NCBI GenBank assembly: GCA_044892525.1
Contig: CM097887.1
Location: 7,812,001-7,876,000 of the forward strand
Reading direction: 5' to 3'
DNA length: 64,000 bases
From: Schmidtea polychroa
Taxonomy: Eukaryota
Part shown: in pieces, positions 38,575 to 50,234 of the stretch
How positions within the stretch are numbered: position 1 is the stretch's first letter
How the letters are laid out: the number at the start of each line of letters is the position of its first letter
Made by a program: the position numbers and the translations under genes
The notes under the pieces: model-generated
The model's database searches: none
What the model was told of the DNA's origin: nothing
Seen by the model: only the letters and a program-made list of their open reading frames with translations

Positions 38575-39150
38575 TTTTTAGAACGATGCCTAATATTTTT
38601 AGAATGATTACGTCATAATTTTAGAACGATGCCTAATATTTTTAGAACTATTACGTAATTTTTTTTTAAATTAAGTGATCCAGCGGGGACCTACTTTTTT
38701 TTCATCCTAAAAATTATTGTTCCCGCCAACAGATTATATTGATCGATAGCTTATTTTAAGGCCCTGTGCGAGATCTATCTAATGAGATATAGATTTTTAT
38801 CATACGATGACTCATCACATTTTTAGAACAAAGACAATGACTCATCACATTTTTAGAATGATGTCTAATATTTTAGAATGATGCCAAATATTTTTAGAAC
38901 GATGCCTAATATTTTTAGAACGATGCCTAATATTTTTAGAACTATTACGTAATCGATGTCTAATATTTTTAGAACGATGCCAAATATTTTTAGAATGGTG
39001 CCTAATATTTTTAGAACGATTACGTCATACTTTTAGAACGATGCCTATTATTTTTAGAATGATGCCTAATATTTTTAGAACTATTACGTAATCAATGCCT
39101 AATATTTTTAGAACGATGCCTAATATTTTTAGAACTATTACGTAATTTTT
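38575..39150 (+). repeat. Minisatellite of a ~21-bp unit (ttttagaacgatgcctaatat) in the inter-arm spacer
   Basis: About 20 copies in two blocks, with ttacgtca/ttacgtaa and gatgactcatc variants; a ~110-bp unique segment is also duplicated (~38665-38780 and ~39148-39260). Confidence 0.9.
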
Positions 39151-39303
39151 TTAAATTAATTGGTCCAGCGGTGACCTACTTTTTTTCTTCCCAAAAGTAA
39201 TGTTTCCATCATCCGAATTTATTAATCAAACACTTATTTTAAAGCCCAGTGCAAAATCTATATACTGATATATAAATATTATTATTAACATTATTTTACA
39301 CAC

Positions 39304-40464
39304 GGGGGGGGGGGAGGGGGTATATGTGGCCGAGCGGGCTCCTGGCCGGGCGGGCCCACATCATACTACTCTACTGTTTTTTATCTTTTATGTCTCTTTT
39401 CACAGGTCTGATCGAGATTTAAGTGTAACCATGTATAGGCAGAATTTAATTCTCTACAACACGGCGCAATTACAATTTCAGTTTGGTGCTTTGTGTGTAA
39501 TGCACACATGTTTTTACAATAAATTTGTATTTTTTCGCGCGGTTAACGTAATTTTCTTGGATTTTTATTCATTTAATATATAGATAAAATTTAATTTTCT
39601 ATAAAATAGCTTGATTAAAAATTATGTCTCGTATGTTGTGTGTAATACACACATGTTTTTACGATAAATTTGTATTTTTCGCGCGGTTAACGTAATTTTC
39701 TTAGGATTTTATTCATATAATATATAGATAAAATTTAATTTTCTATAAAATGGATTGATTAGAAATTATGTATCTTGTTTTGTGTGTAATACACACATGT
39801 TTTATTATACGTTAACGTAATTTCCTTGTATATTTATTCATATATTATAGAGATAAAATTTAATTTTCTATAAAATGGATTGATCTAGAGTTTAAAATGT
39901 TGTATTATTTTATTACTTTGTTGCAATATTTTTATAATCTTATAACAATTTGCTTAAATATTTTACATCTGTTGAAATATTTCCGAAATATGTTATTACT
40001 TTGTTGTAATTTACTGAAAGACTTCACAATTTATTACAATATTCTTTTTTAATTTGTTGTCCGTCTTCGAAATAATGTATTGATTTGTCCCAATTAACAT
40101 CATTATTTTATTACTTTGTTGCAATATTTTTATTATTTTAGTTACAATTTGATAAATATTTTACAACTGTTGAAAATTTATCTGAAATATGTTATTACTT
40201 TGTTACAATTTTATGAAAACGTTATTACTGTTTTGCAATTTGATGAAAAAAAATGATATTACTTTGTGAGTTCAACACATTATTTTTATTAAATTATTAT
40301 GAAAATGTTAAATAAGTCAACTTTAGCGTCAAAATGTGTTTTAAAATTTAAGTTTTAAAATACTGCAATGTAATGCATTTATTTTTCCTACCCCTTCCTT
40401 GATTTTGATTGGTCAGAATATATTTATTTTTCCTACCCCTTCCTTGATTTTGATTGGTCAGAAT
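39304..40464 (+). repeat. Right inverted arm (TIR-like), starting (G)11AGGGGGTATATGTG
   Basis: Mirror of 37541-38556; the CCAAT element ttttcctaccccttccttgattttgattggtcagaat is tandemly duplicated here. Confidence 0.95.
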
Positions 40465-40490
40465 TTAATCATGTGTAATATATAAGCAGT
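40400..40490 (+). promoter_or_regulatory. Double CCAAT box + TATA box upstream of the right polymerase
   Basis: tgattgg x2, then tatataag at 40479-40486, about 50 bp upstream of the predicted start codon. Confidence 0.65.
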
Positions 40491-40536
40491 AACTTTTCAA
40501 ATGTTTGTCATTTAAACTTTTAATTTAACTTATATA

Positions 40537-41608
40537 AGTGAATAAATTTTTATTCTCTATCTAATATTAATGATTATTTTTTAGTGAACGGATGCAGTTT
40601 ATATAAATTTTGTATTGCCGAAAGTCATGAAGATGTGGAGAACTGTAAATCAGTTACATCATCATATTTCAAGATAAATGACTCTACCTTATCGGGTTAC
40701 ATATGTCCGGAATGTCTCATTATAACACCAGGTAGGTGGTTAATGTTTGTACGACAACACGGACACCATCTTAGAAGATTCGAAGAAACGAAGAGCAGGA
40801 TGATCACTAAAAGTAATACTCTTTCTACTATTAACAATTATTAATTTTTTATAGTACAATCGAAAATGAATACATCATACGATCCTAAGGAGATTAAAGA
40901 ATATGTTACAAGTTATGTTATTTAAGTTGTTTAATATTAATTATAAATATAGTTAGACAAAACTCTGGCACCACAAAACGAAAGTCAATATTTTACGGAA
41001 ATGGAGACTCTAACATACAATTGTGTCCACGTCGGGAGTCTGACTTAAACGGTTCTCGTGTTGAATTGACAAGCGATGTATCTGCAATTAATTCTCCTGA
41101 CATTGTTGTTCCAGATTGTCTCATCAAAGAAATAGAAGATCATATTCAACGAATGGGGACAGTAAAAATCCAATTTGGACTTTGTGCAGAGTTTATCAAA
41201 GAGGATGGTGAAATTAAAAAATGGTGTTTGTCGAATAAAGCAATTACAATGTCATCTTCATTTATTAATGATGGAATTGAAAAATTAAAAGAAAAGTTGG
41301 AGAAATACACTCAACAAAGTAGTGGGTGGAGAATTCATAAAATATTAGAAGTTACTATGATTTTAACTAAATTATCAGACATAATACATGTATCTGGTAA
41401 GATTATTTACATTATTATATATATATAAATCAAGAGATTACTTAGGTTCAAGTTACATTAAAACGCCAAATTACCTGAAAAACTGTCAGGCTTTAGTTAA
41501 TGTTCAAAACAATGATCAATTCTGTTTTTTATATAGCATACTAGCTGTGTTACGTTATGATGATATACGTCGGAATAGAGAAAGAACAACAAAATATAAC
41601 TTAAGTGG

Positions 41609-41671
<63 letters not shown>

Positions 41672-44564
41672 AATGTCATATATCATTGAATTTTGTTTTT
41701 AAGACTTAAAATGGAAATTTGAATGGTTTCCGATGAAGTTGGTTAACATTTGCCAATTTGAAGCAATTAATCCAAATCTAGCGATCAATGTTCTCAAATA
41801 TAATAAAGATCCAATTAAACAAAAAACTAATGATATTTTCAAGAATCCGTTCATTGACTTGGTATATAGAAGTACTTCGACGGGATCTCAGATATATCTC
41901 CTATTGATTGAAGAAGGTAATATTTCCTTTAATCATTAAAAATATTAACTAAATTTAGAATTAAATTATCATTTTTTGGCTGTAACTAATCTCGATCGAC
42001 TGCTGAATTACAGAGATAGAGTAGAAGGAGTCAGAATCCAATCACATTGGTGTCATACGTGTCTTCATGGGTTTCAAAAACGTCCTGCTTTTGAAAGACA
42101 TATAGGTCTTTGTAGGAAGAATGTGGAGCGTACGACTCTATACTCAATGCCAGAGAATAAATATATCGAATTTAAAGATTGGAGTAAAACTATAAAACAG
42201 CAGTTTGTTGTCTACGCGGACTTTGAATCGATATTACCTCTAGATGACAAACACTTCCAAAAACATGAGCCGATTGCATCTGAATTTGTGCTTCTCCATC
42301 AAGGTTGTCCGATCCGAAATGAAACATTTGTTGGGAAAAACTGTATCATTCAGTTCATACAAGCATTGGATGATATAGCTACAGACATAGTTTATCCGTG
42401 GTATAAAATTAATGGATCAAAGGAAATGATGGAACTCACTTGGGAAGAGCAGGAAGAATTCACGACTCAAACTCATTGCTACCTTTGTAAAAAGATTATC
42501 AATATACCCGTTCGAGATCATGATCATTTTACTGGTCAATATCTCGGAGCAGCGTGTCAAGATTGTAATTTGGCTAGAAGAATCAATCCGTCTTTACCTG
42601 TTGTATTTCATAATCTTCGTGGATATGACATTCATCATATATTAAAATATGCAATTGGAAAATTCCCAGATTGGAATTTAATTGTTATTCCTCAATCAAC
42701 AGAAAAGTTTCTCACACTTACAGCGACATCGAAAGGCAGAAGAATTAGATTCATTGATTCTTTACAATTTTTAAATAGCAGCTTGGCAAATTTATCAAAA
42801 AACTTGCCACGTCTTCCACTTACTTCAAAGATTTTCAATTCGCATCTAATAACTGGTAAAGGCATATTTCCTTATGATATTGCTACGTCAATGGATGTTT
42901 TACAGTCAATAACAGAATTACCATCGATTTGGGAGGGAGTTAGTCAAGAAGATTATATACATGCAAATCAAATCTGGCGACAATATAACTGTGAGACACT
43001 GCTAGATTACATGCTAGTATATCTCAAGTTGGATGTTTTTGTGTTGGCCGATGTTTTTGAAGCTTTCAGAGAAAAAACATTTGACGAAGATGGACTTGAG
43101 GCTTTATCGTTTGTTTCCATACCCGGATTAAGTTGGGCATCAGCTATTAAACAGTTACCTGAACCGGTAGAACTTATTCAAGATCCAGAGCTTTACCGTT
43201 TATTTGAAGCTGGTATTCGTGGTGGAATGACATTTATCAACAAACATCATGTTGAAGCTGATGAATCAACACAAATGTCATACCTAGATGTTAATAATTT
43301 ATATGGATGGGCGCTGTCGCAAAAACTTCCTATTGGTGAATTTAGATGGATAAATGATCATACTGAAATGAATGGTATTGTTGAAAGATGTGCAAATGGG
43401 GATGAGTTTGATGGAGATCGTGGATATGTTCTAGAGGTTGACATCGTCATTCCTGATAGTATACAAGATAAGCTAGATGATTTACCTATAGCTCCTGAGC
43501 TTTGTTATCCACCTGGTAGTAAAGTTGAAAAGCTGTTGTTAACTCATGAGCCTAAGAAAAACTATGTAGTTAATGGTAGAGTTTTGACAGAGTGGTTGAG
43601 TTACGGCGCAAAAGTCACAAAAGTTAATCGTGCTGTAGAATTCAAGCAAGTAGCTATTTTCAAACGCTATATTGATTACAATACTCAAATGAGAGCAGCT
43701 AGTACAGATTCATTTCAGCGAGATTATTATAAGTTAAAGAACAACAGTTTATATGGTAAAACCGTGGAAAACCTTAAGAAACGTATAAATTTGAGATTAT
43801 GCAGCAAAAGCAAAAGATTGATAACTTATTGTAGTAATCCTATGTTTCGTCGTAGCATCAAGATTGCGGATGATCTCATTGCTGTTATACTTGATAAGGA
43901 AATGGTGTGTTTAGATAGACCAATGTATATTGGACAAACCGTACTTGATTTATCTAAACTTCGCATGTACCAGTTTCAATATAAAGAACTACAGAGTTAT
44001 AGAGAAGAATTCAATTGTCAAATTAATATCGTAGCCGGTGACACAGATTCCTTCTTTTTAGAGTGTAAAAATGTTGATTTACGCTTACAACTGTATCCAA
44101 AAATGATTGCCGATGGGCTCCTAGATACTTCAAATTATCCGGTGACTGATCCATTGTTCTCAGATAAAATTTGTTCGGTAATCGGGAAATTCAAGGATGA
44201 GAATAAAGGAAATCAATATAAAGAATGGGTGTTTCTTCGACCCAAGTGCTACTCACTCCAAGGAGATAAAAACACTCTAAAAGCCAAAGGAATAAGTCTT
44301 ACAAATTCTAATATCACCCATGAAGCCTATAAAAAAGTGTATACTGATGGTGGAACAGTGAGCATCCAACAAAAGAGAATAGGAAGTGTTAATCATCAGT
44401 TGTATACTTTCATTACTGAAAAACGAGCTCTCCAATGTTTGGATGAAAAAAGGTATTGGTTCAATTCTAATGAAAGCTATGCCTACGGTCACTATAAGAT
44501 TCGTCAAATGCATATCGCAACTGCTCCGTCTACAAATGAATGCAAATCGAAACAAGAACTTTAA
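40537..44564 (+). CDS. Protein-primed DNA polymerase B, right copy; join(40537, 40585-40812, 40855-40911, 40953-41396, 41446-41607, 41704-41916, 41959-44564), ~1236 aa
   Basis: YADFE, HNLRGYD, YLDVNNLYG, KLKNNSLYGK, AGDTDS and PKCY all intact; six GT-AG introns (47, 42, 41, 49, 96, 42 bp) give a 3711-nt frame colinear with the left copy (e.g. restores LLLIEEELNYHFLAVTNL). Confidence 0.9.
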
Positions 44565-46020
44565 CAATTAAATTTATGTGAATAATAAAATATATATTGT
44601 GAATTATTTGACTTCGTTAATTAAAATATGTTTTATCATTTAATAATTCATTTGTCCAATTAATTTAGATAATTAGTTTTAAGTAAGAATTATTATTTAT
44701 CATGAAAAACTTTGCTTTGTTTTGAAAAATTAATGCCCATTTTATTTAAATTAACACAGCTTTATTTTATGATAATTACCAATTAAAATTTTATTCAAAT
44801 TGAATAATTACTAATTAAAATTTTATTCAAATTGAAATATTATTGTTATAATTTACGCTCTTGTTAGAATATAATGTAAAATTAAAAAATAAATAAATAA
44901 TAATTAAATAACGTTGGCAATTAAAATAAAATATTAATAAACAAATTAATTAATTAAATGTAATAAATTAAAAATTAACTAAAATAAGTAATTAAAGTAT
45001 AACATCATAAAATAATTAACTAATAAAATTAAAGAGAAAAAAAAAATAGAAGTAATTAAATAAAATTAAAAATAATAATAATAATAATAATAATTAAAAA
45101 GCGTAAGTAATTAAAATAAAATATTAATAAACTAATAAATTAATTAAATGTAATAAATTAAAAATTAACTAAAGTAAGTAATTAAAATATAACATCATAA
45201 AATAATTAATTAATAAAATTAAAAAGAAGTAATTAAATAAAATGTTAATTTAAAAAATAAATGATTCGATTGGTCTATATTTGATCTTGATATTCCATGA
45301 CCTTGAAAGTGAGTTGGAGTCCTTACTATTCACTACTTTAATTGTTTAATAAATAATTTTAAATCGGTAATTCAAAACCTAATTATGTCAACAAAAGAGA
45401 TAATATTTTTAGTTAAAGGAATTATTTATTAAATAAACATGACTTTTATATAATTACTTACAATGTAGTTGAACCTATTGACTTAGAGGTGGGTATGATA
45501 ATTTAAACTTAAAACTTATTTTACTTTGAATGTATTAGTTACCAAATAAACATACTGAAAATGTTATTATTCACTTAGATAATGTAAAATTTAATAGGAA
45601 ATCTAAAACCATCATAGAATATATTGTAATATAGGATACTCTAGATTTTCATTTATATTTCAATGTTGGAGTCAAATGGGATTTACTGAGTGTGTTCTGA
45701 TTAGCGTCTGTACCCTTTTTTTCTGGATGTTTGATTGATTTGATGCGTGTGTTTATTGTTGACTGGATTATTCGCGCCTGTGTGCGCGCATGTATTTTAT
45801 TTTGGACAATAACATTTGTAGCATTTTTTAACTAATCAATTTTCTGGATTCTAGTGTTGGAATTATATTTATTGGTTATTCAATTCAATTAATCGAAATC
45901 TTTCTGGAATTTTTTGGAATTTTGTTCATATTTGTGATTTTTCGAATTTTGGCTCGATGACCACAGTATATAAATTGTTAGCGTTTCCAGAGTCGGAAAA
46001 ATTTTAAATAAACGCAGTTT

Positions 46021-46128
46021 AGGTTCCATTGCAACTTGATTCTTAGCCGCATCGCCGATTAAGCGTTCTGTGTCTGTAAACGCAACATAACTTGTTCCTA
46101 AGTCAATTCTAGTTGCATTAACTGACAT
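46021..46128 (-). pseudogene. HSP70: HSP70 N-terminal fragment with internal deletion
   Basis: IDLGT joined to [22 protein letters not shown]. Confidence 0.9.
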
Positions 46129-46341
46129 TTTAACTCAAGGTAATGAAATCAAAATTTATTGAAAAACACATTTAAAATACACGTTTTAAAACAACTCTAA
46201 AAAATCTAAAATTCCAAAAACAATCAATTCCATTCAATTAAAAAAATCCTAAAAAATACATTGTTCGCGTCAGTGAGCGCACACACACACTTTCAAAACC
46301 TAAGCGCACACAGACGCGATAATTAACATCAGGATTAACCA

Positions 46342-46377
<36 letters not shown>

Positions 46378-48914
46378 GTTAATGGTTGATTTTATTTGTT
46401 TAATATTTACAAATTTATTTTAACAATTTTATTAAATAAGAGTTATTTTAGTTTGTTGTTTTAAATTGTTAATTAAATGAGAATCATGTGAGCTATTGAT
46501 ATAAAATAATATTTTCTCTTAACATTTTTAACCAGGAAATTAAATGATTTCAATTGTTTAATAGAATAGTTGTGCTGCAATTCAATGATTTATGGAATTC
46601 ATAATTATCTTATTACAAAATTATATTATAAAAATGTTTATAGTAAAATGATTAAAACATTTAAAAGTATATAAAAATATGCATAATTATTAAAATCATA
46701 AAATTACAAAAACAAATTTATATAGAGTACGAAAACGATAAATAATATTTTATTCTTGATGTATAATTATTTCAATGACAAATTTTCCTTCAATTATTTA
46801 GAAAACAATTATTAATGAAAGGATAGAAAATTAAAAAACTAAAATAACTTAAGATGTGGTATTTTAAAATTAATTTCTGAAAAATGAAATAAACTTGTGT
46901 TTAAATTAACTTTAAACATAATAATTCCATATATTTTTAAATTAAAATAAAAACATGAATCAATTAACCACTTAAAGTACATGCCCGTGACATATACGGG
47001 TGCATCATACTGGAAATTTTGTACGTGCTGGTGACATAGACAAGCGAACATTATATTTACTTACGTGATTTTACATGATAGTTCAAGACGTGGGTGAGTT
47101 CTAATATTTGTATTGACACCTGTACTAAATACTTTTTCTATTACAAAAATTCGATCATTTTTTGACCAAAAATTCAAATTAAATGTGTACATTAAGTGGT
47201 TAATTAATTTTGATTTAAAATATTAATTATATTTTAGACTATATATATTTGACTGTATACATATAATATCAAATTATTAACTGGTATGCAATATAACGTA
47301 TGCAATATATTGAAATACATCTTTGTGGTAATTGATTTTGATTTAAGGCAAAATCTTGAGACAAAACAAATGTAGAGAATGAACATATCAAGTCGAATCC
47401 TAGTGTAATTCGACAGTTAAAGTTTTTTTAATCAAAATATCCGAGATTTCTCTCAATACTTTGCATATATGTTACAGCATAATTATTTTTTTCAAAGGTT
47501 TATGTATGTTTCACGTTAGTCACTATTTTTGGTTAAAGTTAATAATGTAATATACATATGTTTAAAGGCAGAGGTTGATTTAATTATATTTATTTGACAT
47601 TTATATTATAAAGTAGTTGCGAATTGGTGAATAGTCGTGTTTATTATTCAGATTATAGTTTAAATTCTCTATAATAAATAATTACTATAGAGAATTGAAC
47701 ACAAATTACAAATTTAAATAGAAAATCAAACGAATTATAGAAACAGAGACAAAAAGGCGGAATCAAATAACACAATCAAAGAAGATACATATTAAATAAT
47801 ACCTATTAATAAAGAATTGTCGAAATTTATACTGAATATCCAAATACAAAATAGAAATAACAATTCTTTTTGAGTCAAGGATTCCCTTGAATTTTATAAA
47901 GGTCTTTGATTTATTGTTAAATAAACGTTTTGAAAAGTTTAATATTTTAATTATTTTAGTTGTTATATTCTAAAATAACCTACATACAAACATCCAAACT
48001 GTCCCGAGACATTTCTTTTTAAAGAAGACTCGGATGGGCTCTAACAACTCTCTCAAACAATATCACAAATACAATATAACAATAACAACAATAATTTGAT
48101 TAATATTACAATATTACAATACTATCAACATAAATAATTATATTTCGTTATTTTATATGGGATTTAATAAACAAGCTTTAACAATATAATTTAAATATAT
48201 TGTTAATCATTGAATAATCAAAGACTTTTATTATACGGAAAATCACCCTACGCCTCATCTTAATTTATATAAAGGCTTGGTTTCATTGAAATTTTAAGTG
48301 TGGGGTTGTTTTATTTAACACTTTCCTTGGTTTTTCGCTTCGATTTTTATTTTTACCAAGAATTTTATAATTTCATGTTACGTAATTTGTAGCATTTTAA
48401 ATTCTATGTCAGCCGTCCATGTCAAAAATTCTCTCTTACAGTAGATAAATGGACTGGTGTCAACAACAAACGATATGCAAACACCAATGATCACATGTCG
48501 GACAGAACAGTCCATCATCTAGGGCTCACTCGTATCAAAGGATTGATGACTGCTGAATTATGCAAAGAAATGGTTGTTCAAAGACCATCTGACTTTGGTC
48601 CCAGTCTGGGATGTAGAGGCCAATTACGTCTTTGCGGTGTGTTAATTTTCGTTTTGTCTGATTAGATTTGATTTGAGAAAGCATGAGATAAGGTCTAATA
48701 GTAGTTGGAGATGTTGATAGGAGGTAATGTCTAATAATCATATTGAAAGCATCCCTACCTTTCTATACTTTATCCGTACACCTCCAAATTAATAAATTCA
48801 AAGTAATTGTTAAATATAGCAACTTTAGTTAAAGATCATAACATTCAAAGTAAATCATAAATATATGAGTTAAAATGAGTTTTCTATTAATTCCATAATT
48901 CCATATTTATAGAA

Positions 48915-49255
48915 ATGACTACTCAATCTACTTCTACGACACAACTCCGTCCCTGCTTCTCGTGTTCGGATAAAAATGCCGTTATCCGAACACACCAGGA
49001 AAAAATCAGGCTGCTCAGAAAAAAATTGACCATCTGGAGTGGACATGGTTCACCCCAGTCCAGATGAAGGAAGCCACCAAGAAAATTCTAAGGCACTTCA
49101 AGGATAACCTGCTTGAGGAAAGCCGTGCCCAGCGGACCCTGAGAGCAGGCTAGAGCGCTCTATCAGGTCTACACGAAACAAGAATTAACAAAGCGAATTC
49201 TAGGACTCCCGGTGGTTGAAAAAAAAAAAAAAAAATTTGTTTCCTACCCATCATC
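48915..49255 (+). pseudogene. Family B pseudogene
   Basis: QLRPCFSCSDKN..WTWFTPVQMKE..DNLLEESRAQ..LFPTHH; frameshifts; acceptor tttatAG 2 nt before the ATG. Confidence 0.85.
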
Positions 49256-50234
49256 TGGGGGAGGGCCCCACTACGCCTACCAGCTAGGCCTCTGCAGAAT
49301 GCATGGCGCCTTCAAGCCGCCCTGTCACATCGGACGTAATTGATTTGGTCTTGCATAAATAATTAGAACATGATAATTCTAACTATTTATGTACTTATTA
49401 CATGTGCATATACCATATATGTATAGATTTGTAATTGTACTGTATTGTTAAATTAATGTGATTGAGACCTTTTTTTTGGTGTCCCGGTTTGGTTTTTACG
49501 AAATATGGTCACCCTAAATATACATGCTAATAACAGCAGACTTATTAATCTCTTTTCAAATATAAACATAATTTACAAATACCTAACTTTGGTAAGTAAT
49601 TTAATTTTTTCTAGAAAATATGAAACCCGTCATTCAAAATTTCAGAAAAGAAATCAATGGAGAAATCAACAGAAAAATCAAACAAAAAATTGAATGTATG
49701 TTTTATAAATTTTAAATATTTTAATTAATTATTTTTTATATACCTTACCAAATTTAATTTAGTGAAATCAAAACCTAATAATAATAGATTTAATTCGACT
49801 TATAATAATAAATATTTGGTGGAATTTGGTATAGATTAAAGGCAAACGTAGCACGAAATTAATTTAAAAATTTCTAAGTATAATCATTAAACATCATTAA
49901 AATTTTAGAAAGCTTCCTAAATATTAATAACAGATTGGACGCAATTGAAAACCGATTGGTAGAAGTTGAAAATCGACAAACAGAATTTCAAAATCGATGC
50001 GAAATACTGTTAATAATCTGTTAATTAACAATAAAAAGGTAATCATAAATGATCCTCATAGATACAATAGATTTTATAATTAAAAAAATATTAAGTGTCA
50101 AACTTTACCTAATATAAGATGCATTATGTATATTAGTGGTTCAGTGTTATGGAATTTGTCACATGTCCAAAGAGATGGATAATTTATAATATTGAAATCC
50201 TCATATTATACCATAATCGAATATATCCAATTAC

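Noticed and set aside
38575-39150. CRISPR-like regular repeats in the spacer
   Set aside because: Units are contiguous with no unique spacers, there are no cas genes and the context is eukaryotic; it is a minisatellite.
38273-39583. 85-aa ORFs at 38273-38530 and 39326-39583
   Set aside because: They are mirror images only because they lie in the inverted arms; no coding features, and one has a non-ATG start.
33141-44571. Small antisense or alternative-frame ORFs overlapping the polymerases
   Set aside because: Short, no motifs; expected shadows of long coding sequences.
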